A DNA stretch of 64,000 nucleotides from Octopus vulgaris (Eukaryota), in contig OX597826.1 in NCBI GenBank assembly GCA_951406725.2, positions 10,168,001 to 10,232,000 on the forward strand, read 5' to 3'. How positions within the stretch are numbered: the first letter of the stretch is position 1; the number at the start of each line of letters is the position of its first letter. This document shows, piece by piece, positions 39,209 to 51,812 of this stretch. The translations under genes were made by a program, and so were the position numbers. The notes under the pieces were generated by a model. The model was not told the DNA's origin, did not search any database, and worked only from the letters and a program-made list of their open reading frames with translations.

Positions 39209-40769
39209 GTATCTCTCAATTACTATTTTATCTTTACCTTTTACACACAAAGTTTAATGAAAGAAATATTTGTTTTATTATTTTTTTTTCTAAAATATAT
39301 TAAAGAACTTTCCTTCGTAGATTTTTCTTGTTATTTTTTAGTTCCAGATGGAAGGGAGAGGGGCTGTCTCCATAGTTTAAAAAAAAAAACCTTCTAGACA
39401 AAATGATAAAAATAATTGATTGAGTTTAATGTAATCGATATTCACTTTGAAGTGTGTAACTGGAGGGAAAACATGAGCAAGGAAGAAATTTTAGAAATCT
39501 GTTCAGAAATAACAATAAGAGCAATAACAGTATTAATATAAGCACAGGGCCAAAAATTTAGGAGAAGGGGAGAATCAATAAGTTTAACCTCAGTACATTG
39601 ACCATGGCAGCACAAAAGGCAGAGTTTGGTGATAGGAAGGGCATGTGGTCTTTGAGAAAAAATTTGCCCCAATGAATTCCATCTGACCCATGCAAGCATG
39701 GAGGTGTGGACATTAAAAACAATGATGATGATGATGGTGGTGGTGGTGATAATGTTAATTTTACCTAACTGCATGTTCTTCATGAAGAAGATGACCCTGA
39801 GAAATTTAAGCTGTCATTATTGAGTGTAAACATGGTCTGCAATTAAGTGATTTTGTTGCTAGGAATAGCAAAGATGTATGGAAAGAGCTGTCACAGAATC
39901 CAAGAGTCTTTCAGGAAAAAAACAAAACAAAAAAAAACATTATTGATAGAAAGCCAATCCACTTCCATCAAAATATATCAGAACTGATGTATGTTTGTTT
40001 TTTTTTTGTATTCTTCGGAGAATTTTGAATGACTGTTTTAATGATAGGACTTTCCTCCACTTGTTTTCCTGGTAAAGATGTGGGAATGTTCATTCCATCT
40101 ATTTACAACTGATACATTCAAATGTCACATAAACCACCTGCTATTTTTTGTGATTTATAAATTTCCTTTGTCTCAGCTGCGAACACTAGAAATTAATGTG
40201 ATTTGAAATGAATTGAATTCGTATTTATTATATCTTCACATCTTACTATTTAACAAATCTTGATGTTCAACATTTGTGAAATATCTAATTTTATTATTGT
40301 ACTTGGCCATACTATTTGATTATCATAGCTGTTGAATTTACTCATTATACTTAACTAATGCAATTAATGGATTTGACTATCAGCTATACAATAAATTTAC
40401 TTAATGACTTTATTTCAAAATTGTATGCATTTTTGTTTCTACTGAAGCATTTTCATAACTACACACTACATAGAAATGTATTCACTTGTAAATGTAATAA
40501 ATCCTTAGAATAGAAAATAAACTCTCTCTACAAACTAAGTCTCCATCACATTTTCAATTCCAATATGAAATACGGATGTTGAAATATACTTTGCAATTGC
40601 TTCAGCAAGGAAGACTTTAATTGTAAGAACATAAGATTAATAATGTTGTGAATTGTTGTTGTTTGGTTCCAAGTCAGCTCTGATTGAGTAGAGCTATCAT
40701 CAAAAGGTTTGCCCTAGGTATGACGGTATGGCATTAAACTGCATCTGGTGGTGAGGCTCCAGTTTGGAA

Positions 40770-41076
40770 CATTATTTACATTATTTACATTCGACGGATA
40801 TTTGTCCTCATCATGTTTGTTGTTAACAAAACATTTCAGCCTTCTTCAGGTGTCTTGGGGAAATTTCAAACCTGGGTTCTCATTCCCAAGGTATTTTTCG
40901 ATGTTATTATTATTGTTCAGGTCACTGCTTGGAATCGAACTCGGAATCTTGGGGTTAGTAGCCTGCGCTCTTAACCACTACACCATATGCCCGTTGTGTT
41001 AACAACAAACAAGATGAGGACAAATATCTGTCAAATGTAAATAATGTACATAATTCCTCATCTCTTAAATATAGAA
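40770..41076. mobile_element. Palindromic tRNA-hammerhead element, copy 1 (right arm reduced)
   Basis: Inverted tail/HHR remnant/tRNA head joined to cgttgtgttaac...aaatatagaa. TSD gctccagtttggaa / gctccagtctgaaa. Confidence 0.75.
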
Positions 41077-43079
41077 GCTCCAGTCTGAAAGTTCTGGAGT
41101 TGCAGGAAGTGTGAAATAATCCCTTAATTACCATTATTCCCAGGGCTGTTCTGACCTGGAACAGTAATACTTGTCAGGGTCCCATCTATGAGTTAAGTAC
41201 ATTTTTCTGAGGGTAGATTGAGCTCTTTAGCTGCAGTGAAGGCAATCAATGCAGGAGAAGGAAATAACCAAAACTAATAACCCTAACATACTCTGAGCCA
41301 GCACAAAAGAGAATGACTGATAAAATTAACTTGAGATTTGTCTAACAACACAGATTGATATTATGGAGACAACTACGAGCTCCTGTTAATGTGCATTCTA
41401 CCACATCCAGAGATAGTAGGAATTGATGAAGATCAACATCAAAGGTGTTCCAGTCATGACCAACAAAAAGGCTGTTTGTATATCTAGGACTGTAACTGTT
41501 CAGCATGTCCTTCCATTTTTAAAATAGTAGGGTGTGATTTTGCGGGAGATTTGCCTGCTATTACTTGCAGACTTAGCAGCTGCATATGGGTGGCATTACT
41601 GCATTGGACATATAGTTGAGGTAATAAATAGTAAGGTTTAAATGGCCCAACTGACCATGGGTTTCAGATATTATTGACTCTTGGTCATAATACTAACCAA
41701 AAAAAAATTTAGTTAGAATTCTGACCAAGGATCACAAGTCAGATTCTTCAAGCCGAGTCAACTGGCAGGAGATCTAGGAGTACACTACAAGTAAGATGGT
41801 TGGACAATATCCATAGTCTCATTTGGGAATCCAGCTGGAAAGTGTAATGATGGTGCTTTTTGATAGAATCCTATGGGAGAGATAGTTGAGGATTCTACCT
41901 CCATGACCCTCCTAGGATTTATGTTTGTGAAAATGGGTGGAGAGATGGTCAGAACTGTGTTGGTGTTAGAAGTTTTAAAAAAAGACACCCACTGCCCATC
42001 TTCTGGGTTTGATGGGTGTTATTGCAGGAAAGACTAACTCCAACAATACTACAAAAATATTCTTTTATTCTTTTATTTGTTTCAGTCATTAGACTACAGC
42101 CATGCAAGTGTGCTGCTTTGAAGGATTTTAGTCAAACGAATCAACCCCCAGTATTTATTTTTAAGTCTGTTACTTATTCTATCAGAGTGTTTTGCCAAAC
42201 TGCCAAGTTATGGGGGACATAAACACACCAACACTGGTTGTCAAGCATTGGTAAGACACACACACACAAACACATGATAGGCCCAGATATTTTCTAAATT
42301 TGATTTAGTTCTTTTAACCTTTACTGGCCAGAACTGAACATACTTGGCTCTACGCATGTGCACTTGGGACACGGGAACTGAGTCAGCTTGTTTTTGACTG
42401 TGGGGCACTTTCCAGAACTCTTCACATTTCATATGATGTAATTTACACATTTTATTTTGTTTTGTACCAATCAGCACAATGAATATAAAACTTCAATACC
42501 AACATAACTTAGGTACTTCAAAGGAAGATAGTTGAGAAAATTTTGGAAGCAAGTGTTACAGAGTTAAGTATCCCCTTTTTGCATCACCCCCTCAACAGTA
42601 GCATTAGTATAGTACTTGTTGTTATTTGTTCCTTCTCGAGCCACACCTGGCTCATAGGGCTGGTTTCCCGGTTTGCTTGGTGTATAGGTTCCTCACCTGG
42701 ACGGGACTCCGGTCCATCGCAGGCAAGCTGCAAGATGCAGGAGGAAAGAGTGAGAGAAAGTTGTGCTCGAAAGAGTCAACAGAAGTTCGCCATTACCTTC
42801 TGCCGGAGCCGCATTGAGCTTAGGTGTTTCGTTCATAAACACACATACATCGCCCGATCTAAGATTCAAACCTGCGATCCCTCGACTGCGAGTCTGCTGT
42901 TCTAACCACTAGGCCATGTGCCTCCACAGTATAGTACTTACTTTTCAGTTAAGTCTATAGTTAAGAAAGAAATTATGACCTAGTTAGAAAATGTCGAACA
43001 CGACAATTTATTATCACTTTTGAAAAAAAGTATTTTATTCTATGAGAAATTTTAACTCACTTAAAAATATTGTTTGAAG

Positions 43080-43167
43080 GGCCACTCTGCAAGGGGAAGA
43101 GATATTTCGTCAATATACACCAATCAGTGATATGGAAGCACCTGGTTATTTTGATCTTCTTATCAAG
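43080..43167 (+). CDS. CYB5RL: CYB5RL coding exon 3 (RxYTP FAD-binding motif)
   Basis: Acceptor tgtttgaag|G completes the Arg codon, then ATLQGEEIFRQYTPISDMEAPGYFDLLIK, donor AAG|GTGAGT. RxYTPxS and GYF(D/E)LLIK are FNR/b5R family motifs, and phases are compatible with exon 2. Confidence 0.93.
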
Positions 43168-43464
43168 GTGAGTTAATTGCTTTTATCATCACAATTGTCT
43201 TCTACATCACATTTGTCACCTTTGCTGTATAATTTATTGTTGTACTAACTTTTCTTCATGACCTTTGATAACCTCTGTTACGTGACCTTTGCCATACAAC
43301 TTACCTCTACACATCATCATCATTGCTATACAATCTTTACTTATACATCAACCACTTTTGCCATACATTGGCAGGTGACATTGCAAACACACCCACCTGT
43401 CAGGTGTATTGCAATGTACACCTGTATACTTACTGGAGAAACTGCAGTATATAGATGAATGTTA

Positions 43465-43760
43465 TATCCTCCTTGTCATCGTCGTCCTCCTCGTCATCGT
43501 CATCCTCCTCCTCCTCCCTCGTCCTCCCCCTCCTCCTCCTCCTCCTCGTCCTCCTCCTCCTCGACCTCGTCCCCCACCTCTTCCACCTCCTCCTCCTCCT
43601 CGTCCTCCACCTCTTCCACCTCTTCCTCCTCGTCCTCGTCCTCCTTGTCCTCGTCGTCCTCATGCTCGTCGTCCTTCTCATTGGCCTCCCCCCTCCTCTT
43701 CCTCCTCCTCCACCACCACTACCACCACCGCCGCCATCACCACCACCAACACCTCCCCCC
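43465..43760. repeat. (CCT/CGT/CAC)n low-complexity tract
   Basis: Direct reading of the sequence. Source of the poly-P/S/R ORFs. Confidence 0.95.
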
Positions 43761-44339
43761 AGTCGTCGTTTCCCATACTTGTATAGGTTGGACAGAATTT
43801 GCTGAGGCAAATTTTCTACGGCTAGATGCCCTTCCTCTTGCCAACCCATACCTGTTTCTGAGTAAAGTAATATTTTCATGTGGCTGGTCATGATTTTAAT
43901 GGAAGGTTGCAAACGAAGGATGCTGTTTGTATGATGGTGACACTCATTTACAACAATCATACTATGTCAGGGGAAAGAGACACAAATACACACACACACA
44001 CACACACATTCACACACACACACATAGGATTAAAATCCTGCTCCAGTCATGAATGGCCATGGGATTGCACCTAGAAGGTTCCCCTCTGAGGCACAAGTCC
44101 AGACAAAGTTACGGCTTGGCACCAGTGATATCACAACTCATTTCTACTGCTGAGTGAACTGGTGCAACATGAAATAAAGTGTCTTGCTCAAGAATACAAC
44201 ACTCAGCCTGGTCCAGGCTCATAAATTCCTAATTGTAAGTCCAATAATACAGTTCTATATTTAAGAGATGAAGAATTATATACATTATTTATATTGTTTA
44301 CATTTGATGGATATTTGTCCTCATCTTGTTTGTTCTTTA

Positions 44340-44383
44340 ACACAATGTTTCGGCTGATATACCCTCCAGCCTTCATCAGGTGT
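44340..44383 (-). ncRNA. Minimal type I hammerhead motif (left arm)
   Basis: ACAC-CTGATGA-A-GGCTG(AGGG loop)CAGCC-GAAA-CATT-GTGT on the - strand. Confidence 0.65.
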
Positions 44384-44431
44384 CTTGGGGAAATTTTGAA
44401 CCTGGGTTCTCATTCCTAAGGTATTTTTTGA

Positions 44432-44484
<53 letters not shown>

Positions 44485-44698
44485 TCTCTGCTTGGAATTG
44501 AACTTGGAATCTTGGGGTTAGTAGCCCGTGCTCTTAATCGCGGGCATATGGCATAGTGGTTAAGAGCGCGGGCTACTAACCCCAAGATTCTGAGTTCGAT
44601 TCCAAGCAGTGACCTGAACAGCAACAACAGCAACAACAATAATAATAATATTGAAAAATATCTTAGAAATGAGAACACAGGTTCAAAATTTCCCCAAG

Positions 44699-44742
44699 AC
44701 ACCTGATGAAGGCTGGAGGGTATAACAGCCGAAACATTGTGT
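44699..44742 (+). ncRNA. Minimal type I hammerhead motif (right arm)
   Basis: ACAC-CTGATGA-A-GGCTG-gagggtataa-CAGCC-GAAA-CATT-GTGT. Confidence 0.65.
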
Positions 44743-44824
44743 TAAAGAACAAACAAGATGAGGACAAATATCTGTCAAATGTAGATAATGTAAGTCCAAT
44801 GCCCTAACCACTGATCCATGTGCC

Positions 44825-44874
<50 letters not shown>

Positions 44875-45475
44875 ATAGGCTTCTTTCAGTTTCTGTTTAC
44901 CAGATCTCCTCATCAGGCTTTAGCTAGCTTGAGGCTATAGTAGAAGACAATTGCCTATGGGTGGCACACAATGGAACTAAATCAAACGTTCATGAATTGG
45001 TGACAGAATGAAGAATGAAGGAGTCTCCAGGAGGAGAAACAAAAAAGATTAAACCTGAGGTTTTTAAAACAAAATAGTTTGATTTCATTGATAACCCAGA
45101 AATTAGATGTTATATCGCAAAAATCACTTTGCTTTTACTGTTAGAGAAAAACTGGTAGTGGTGGTTGTGGGGGTCCTACTACTGCTGCTGTTGCTGCTAA
45201 AACTACCACCACCACCACCACCACCACCATCACTGTGGTTGCTGCCACTGTCACCACCACTGCTGTTGCCGCTACCACTATCACTGCTGCCATTGCCACC
45301 ACCACTACTACTATGGCAACTAGCAGCAGTAGAAGTAATACTAAAAGTGGTATTGATGCTCCTAAAAGGACAGTCATTCAGGAGAGATTATTCCCCTTGA
45401 ATCTCAAGGGTCCTTGAGATTGTCCCGGGGGGGGGGGCGTGTTATCTTCCTCAATAGTATATTGGTCTTATTATT

Positions 45476-45892
45476 AAGGCGGCGAGCTGGCAGAAATGTT
45501 AGCACGCCGGGCGAAATGCTTAGCAGTATTTTGTCTGCTGCTACGTTCTGAGTTCAAATTCCGCCGAAGTCAACTTTGCTTTTTGTCCTTCTAGGGTCGA
45601 TAAATTAAGTACCAGTTACACACTGGGGTTGATGTAATTGACTTAATCCGTTTGGCTGTCCTTGTTTGTCCCCTCTGTGTTTAGCCCCTTGTGGGTAGTA
45701 AAGAAATAGGTATTTCATCTGCCGTTACATTCTGAGTTCAAATTCTGCCGAGGTTGACTTTGTTTTCCGTCCTTTCGGGGTCGATAAATTAAGTACCAGT
45801 TACACACTGGGGTTGATGTAATCAACTTAATCCGTTTGTCTGTCCTTGTTTGTCCCCTCTCTGTTTAGCCCCTTGAGGGTAGTAAAGAAATG
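45476..45892 (+). mobile_element. Meta-like SINE tandem dimer
   Basis: Full unit followed by a second unit lacking the first ~45 nt. Confidence 0.85.
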
Positions 45893-47435
45893 GATACTCA
45901 CAACCTAGTTAACTTGGCTATTAAAAGTTAGTTCCTAAGCTTGGCCATTAACAATTATGTCTGGGTTTACCATAATTTTCAGGAGGGAACCCCGACATTG
46001 GGAGTTGAAGCCGAGACCAAATGAAATATCATGCAAGGTCTGAAGAGCTGCAGTGTGTGTGTGCACAACAGCCAAATACCACATCACTGGAACTGTGAAG
46101 TGCACAGTTCTATACAAGGATTTTTATATTTTTTTCATAAAGTGGGGGGGATGACTACTGACACTAAGCTTAAGGATTATATAATGTACACGTATAAAGA
46201 AAGAATTAAAGAAAAAAGGACTCATTATATTGAATGTTATTGATAATATCGGGTGGAAATAGGGGATGCTGCAGTTCCGCAGTTCCTATACATGAGCTGC
46301 CACTAAAAACAAGGGGGAATTCGTGGCAGTGTTCAGTGACCATTGGCTAAAATGCAAACCAATCAAGTTTATGTATAAATTTTCTTTTTATATGTTTGTT
46401 TCCTTTTACACAATATTAAAACAATGGCTAAATATTTTCTGAAGCAGCGCCCCCACTAAGTTTATCTACGTATCGCCACTGCTCCGTTTATTTGTACAAG
46501 GAGAGGGTAAATGTTTATGCTAATTATATTCAATTAATAAACTGTAATCGTTATCTTTCTCTCCCACACACAATCCGTATGTGTATATTTCAGCACATAC
46601 ATGCATGCGTATGTATATGTGTGTGTGTGTGTGTGTGTTTGCCTCCAGTGCCAAAATATACTGTCACCAAAGCAGGCTGAATGTCTGGTCATCTGTGCCA
46701 AATCATCAGCATCCAAACACTCACACCTATTCATCTCATTCCATTGTTCAACATCCTATCAATTTGTTCATCTCTTATTTGGAAATGTAAAGAAATAAAC
46801 AGCTACAGTAATTTATTCCACTGTTGATCTAACATTTTTCTAACACTTATATCTAATTTTCCTCTCTCCCTCTCGCCCTCCTTTTTCCCCATCTTTTCCT
46901 TTCTTTCCCTCATTTCTCCTTATCTCTTTCCTCTCTTTTCCCTCCTTCTCTTCTCTCTCTCTCTTTCCTCCTCCCTCTCATACACAAACTCAGAATAAAT
47001 GCATTGGGGCAGAAGGTAAACCCAGTGCGTAACTGGTACTTAATTTATTGGCCCTGAAAGGATGAAAGGCAAAGTCGACCTCGGTGGAATTTGAACTCAG
47101 AACATAAAGGCAGACGAAATACCACTAAGCATTTCGCCTGGTGTGCTAATATTTCTGCCAGCTCGCTGCCTTTTTGGCATGGTTTCTTCAGTGGGACGCC
47201 CTTGCTAATACCTGCCTGGGGCAACAATAAGATAGTCTGCCCCAGGCAATGCTTTTATGGGGATGGTACTGCCAAGTCTGCTATATAAGCCTGTATAGGG
47301 GACGGGGTCAGGGAGATGCGGGTTCAGGGGTCGCCCAGGTGGCACATATTCCATCTACACCTCTGGTACTTGATGAACATAATCTCTGACCTGGTTTTGA
47401 TCCCTAGTTGTAGCTTATGATGTTAATACTTTAAC

Positions 47436-48702
47436 CCTTTAGTGTTTAGATTACTTTCTCTAATGTAATGCTTATTTGTTCACATTCATCATCATTATCA
47501 TCGTTATCATCATCATCATCATTATTTAGCATCTGCTTTCCATACTGGCTTGAGTTACACGGGTTGACTGCAAACTGGTAAGCTGGGGAGCTGCACCAGG
47601 CTCCAATCTGATTTGGCATGGTTTCTTATTTCTTTATTGTCCACAAGGGGCTAAACATAGAGGAGACAAACAAGGACAGACAAAGGGATTAAGTTGATCA
47701 CATTGACCCCCAGTGCATAACTGGTACTTAATTTATCGACCCTGAAAGGATGAAAGGCAATGTCGACCTTGGCAGAATTTGAACTCAGAACATAAAGGTA
47801 GACGAAATATCGCTAAGCATTTTGCCTAGTGTGCTAACGTTTCTGCCAGCTCGCCGCCTTATATTAATTCTCAATATATTTTATAATTTACCACTCCATT
47901 CAAATTGGTCCTACCAATCAAATTAAACTGATTTAATTTAAAACTAAAGGTATTTTATAGAAGGCACCAACTAATAAGCGATATATATAGAGGGCGGGTC
48001 AAAAGTCACAAACAGAATAAGTTCAATATGCTCTGGAATTGTCAAAGACATTCTTCAGTTTTGAATAAAATAAGCAAAATAAAATGGTGAATGTACATGT
48101 ATTTAAACCCGGAATCATGTGGTTGGGAAGCAAGCTTCTTATTTCTTTATTTATTATTCTTTATAGAGGGGACAAACAAGGGCAGACAAACGGATTAAGT
48201 CGATTATGTCGACCCCAGTGCATAACTGGTACTTAATTTATCGGCCCTGAAAGGATGAAAGGCAAAGTTGACCTTGGCGGAATTTGAACTCAGAACGTAA
48301 CGGCAAACGAAATACAGCTACACATTTCGCCCGGTGTGCTAACTTTTCTGCCGCCTTCATAAAGGCAGACGAAATACCGCTAAGCATTTCGCCTGGTGTG
48401 CTGTTGTTTCTGCCAGCTCGCCACCTTTTTGGCATGGTTTCTTCAGTGGGACGCCCTTGCTAACACCAACCTCTCCAAGAGTGTAATGTGTTGTCGCTTC
48501 CAGCATGGGTGTCAGTTATGTGACACCAACAACAGCCACGGCTATGATTTCACTTGACTTAACAAGTCTTCTCAAGCAGTGATTGTTTCTTTTTAGAATG
48601 ACATTGTAGGGTATGTATGACAGGCTGGATCTGATTGGTTTAAACATAAAATAAGTAGAATATTTGGGCTGGATGTAGCCAATTTGTTTGCTAAAGTGTT
48701 TA
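47436..48702. mobile_element. Nested cluster: piggyBac-type MITE > RTE-UTR-like element > Meta-like SINEs
   Basis: MITE halves at 47436-47487 and about 48580-48702. Direct repeat tttggcatggtttctt at about 47612 and 48428 flanks the SINE block. Confidence 0.6.
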
Positions 48703-48734
48703 CACAGTGTAGCAGGCTTTATAAGTCTAATAAT

Positions 48735-48876
48735 TATTTACATTATTTACATTTGACGGATATTTGTCCTCATCTTGTTTGTTGTTAACACGTTTCGGCT
48801 GATATACCCTCCAGCCTTCATCAGGTGTCCTGGGGAAATTTCGAACCTGGGTTCTCATTCCTAAGGTATTTTTTGA

Positions 48877-48936
<60 letters not shown>

Positions 48937-49120
48937 TATTCTGGGATCGAACTCAGAATCTTGGGGTTAGAAGCCCATGCTCTTAACCACTACACCATAT
49001 GCCGACGGGCATATGGCGTAGTGGTTAAGGGCGCGAACTACTAACCCCAAGATTCCAAGTTCGATTCCAAGCAGTGACCTGAACAATAACAATAAAAATA
49101 GTAATAATAATAATAACAAC

Positions 49121-49164
<44 letters not shown>

Positions 49165-49336
49165 TAATAATAACACCATAATAACATACCTTAGGAATGA
49201 GAACCCAGGTTCGAAATTTCCCCAAGACACCTGAAGAAGGCTGGATGGTATACAAACCAAAACGTGTTAACAACAAACAAGATGAGGACTAATGTACATA
49301 ATGTACATAATTCCTCATCCCTTAAATATAGAACTG
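48735..49336. mobile_element. Palindromic tRNA-hammerhead element, copy 3
   Basis: Centre catatgccga|cgggcatatg at about 49005. HHR motifs at 48788-48828 (-) and 49227-49267 (+, degenerate). TSD TAAGTCTAATAAT at 48722-48734 and 49337-49349. Confidence 0.85.
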
Positions 49337-50261
49337 TAAGTCTAATAATGTTTAGCTTTGTGTCTCTCTGTCCTGTGTTCACATCCTGCTTGGCTTGATT
49401 TTGCTTTCCATTCCACAGCATTTAATTTTGAAAAACCAAAAAGAACTAAGCATGTGATAGGTGTTGATTCGATTGGAAATACTTCTTTCCTACAAATTTT
49501 GTGGTTTTGTACCAGTATAAGAAATCAATAGTTTTACATTTTAATTATAATACAAAAATAGGTTTGGAAATTAACAAAAATATATATAAAAAAAAAAAGA
49601 GAAATTTCATTTAGTGTTTGTTTATTATTGATTGATTTCATGTTATATTAAAAAAATTACAATGACTAACGATAAGAAATTTTGTCTGCAAGATTTTGAT
49701 TGATATAGTGCTTTATCTAGTATAATTATACCAAACCATTTTGGAAAGTATTGTATTTGAAGCACTCAGAATTATGTCTTAAATCACTAATTAAATACTA
49801 GTATTACTTATTATTTATATATTTATTTATTCTGTATCAAGTTCTGATTGAGTCAATAAAAGAAAACAGACCAGACTGTATGATATATATTATTTAGTTT
49901 GGCCCTTTGTAATTCTGAGTTCAAATCCTCTCAAAATTTAATTGTTAATATGTGGCCCATGGGAGTTTCTCAATGGCATGCCTTACCAAAAAATTACCTT
50001 AAAATTTGTTTAGTTGTGTGGTATATCTGATGATGAGTCATGTCCCATGTGACCTGCTTCTTGAACAAAAAGGGTTGCCCACGGCTGCTCTAAAGTTGGC
50101 CCTTTTGAGTTTATGAATTATGTGCTGTCAAGAAACTGGAGTTGATTCTCAATTAATGAAGCACTTCTACCTCAAGAACGAGATTTATGGCCTGTCACAC
50201 AAAAAATAAACATTTGATATTTAATCTCTCTGTAGGTGTGTATGCATGCATGTGTGCATAT

Positions 50262-50305
<44 letters not shown>

Positions 50306-50601
50306 CATTTTCATCATCATTGTATCATTTTCATCATCATTTGATGCTCAATTTTTTCATGCTTGCATGGGTGAAATGGAATTTGTTGAGACAGGTTTCT
50401 CCATGGTTGGATGCCCTTCCTGTCACTAATCCTCAACTGTTTCCAAGCAAGTTCATAGTTTGCCATAGCTAGATATGTTTTTTTCATGGAAGACTGGAAA
50501 CAAACAACCTCACATATATGACGATGATGCTCATTTACAACTATCATGTGATGTTTAGGCAAAGGTACCTGCAAACACACACACATATACACATATATAT
50601 G

Positions 50602-50831
50602 TTTCTTTATTACCCACAAGGGCCCAAACACAGAGGGGACAAACTAGGACAGACAAACGGATTAAGTCGATTACATCGACCCCAGTGCGTAACTGGTACT
50701 TAATTTATCAACCCCGAAAGGATGAAAGGCAAAGTCGACCTCGGCGGGATTTGAACTCAGAACGTAACGGCAGATGAAATACGGCTACGCATTTTGCCCG
50801 GCGTGCTAACGATTCTGCCAGCTCACCGCCT
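50602..50831 (-). mobile_element. Meta-like SINE
   Basis: Family consensus. Confidence 0.85.
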
Positions 50832-50849
50832 ATATATACACATATATAT

Positions 50850-51075
50850 GTATTCTTTTATTCTTTTACTTGTTTCAGTCATTTGATTGTGGCCATGCTG
50901 GAGCACAACGTTAGAAGTGTTTTTAATAGAAGAAACCAACCCCAGGACTTCTTTCTAAGTCTAGTACTTATTTTAATGGTCTCTTTTGCCAAACTGCTAA
51001 GTTACGCGGATGAAAACACACCAGCATTGGTTGTCAAGCGATGGTGGGGTGACAAACACAGACACAAAGACACAC

Positions 51076-51114
<39 letters not shown>

Positions 51115-51250
51115 AAATGGGCTTCCTTCAGTTTCTGCCTAACAAATCTACTCTTTAGGTTTTGGTTGGCTCAAAGCTAAAGTAAAAGACACTTGCCCAA
51201 GGTGCCACGCTGTGGGACTGAACCTGAAACCATGTGGTTGGGAAGCACAA
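50850..51250 (-). mobile_element. CORE-like (OR-type) SINE
   Basis: Family consensus, diverged. Another diverged copy lies at about 52285-52700 (+). Confidence 0.75.
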
Positions 51251-51764
51251 ACAATCAGCTTTGAGTGCACTGAATCTTATAGCTGAAACAGTTGTTAGCT
51301 AATGAAGTTCATTGCATAATTTTTTGTTCTTTTGTCATTTATTTAATTTCATATATATATATAAACAAAAATACGGATAAAGATAATTACATCTGCCTAG
51401 ATTTTATAACCTCATTTTTCTTCTTCACACACACACACACACACACACACACAACTGGCTTCTTTCAGCTGCCATCTACCAAATCTTATCACAATGTTTT
51501 GGTCTATTTGGGGCTAAAGTAGAAAACATTTGTTGAAGGTGCCATGCAGTGAGACTGAACCCAAAACCACATGGTTGGCAAGCAAACCTCTTTACCACAC
51601 AGCCATACCTATGCTTTATATATATGTGTGTGTGTGTGTGTATATATATATATAATTTTTTCGTAATGAGATAAAAAGCCATATATGTATATATATATAT
51701 AATTTTTTCGTAATGAGATAAAAAGCCAAGGATGTGTAGATTTTAGAACATTTATAAATAGAAG

Positions 51765-51812
51765 GTCTTACAGCTGTTTCTAGGATATTTATTAAATCCC
51801 TTCATCGGAGAC
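51765..51812 (-). ncRNA. Type I hammerhead-like motif (U4 to C variant)
   Basis: GTCT-CCGATGA-A-GGGAT-ttaataaat-ATCCT-A-GAAA-CAGCTG-TA-AGAC. Confidence 0.55.

Larger units (their letters stand above)
44246..44788. mobile_element. Palindromic tRNA-hammerhead element, copy 2
   Basis: Head-to-head inverted units centred at about 44540. TSD TGTAAGTCCAAT at 44234-44245 and 44789-44800. Confidence 0.85.

Noticed and set aside
43409-43960. Long Pro/Ser/Arg-rich ORFs (also 10569-11165, 45107-45417, 33553-33753)
   Set aside because: Translations of trinucleotide microsatellites.
44541-44613. tRNA gene (anticodon ACT-like), also at about 49006-49078
   Set aside because: No proper acceptor stem or Ser variable arm. 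It is the head of a repeated element.
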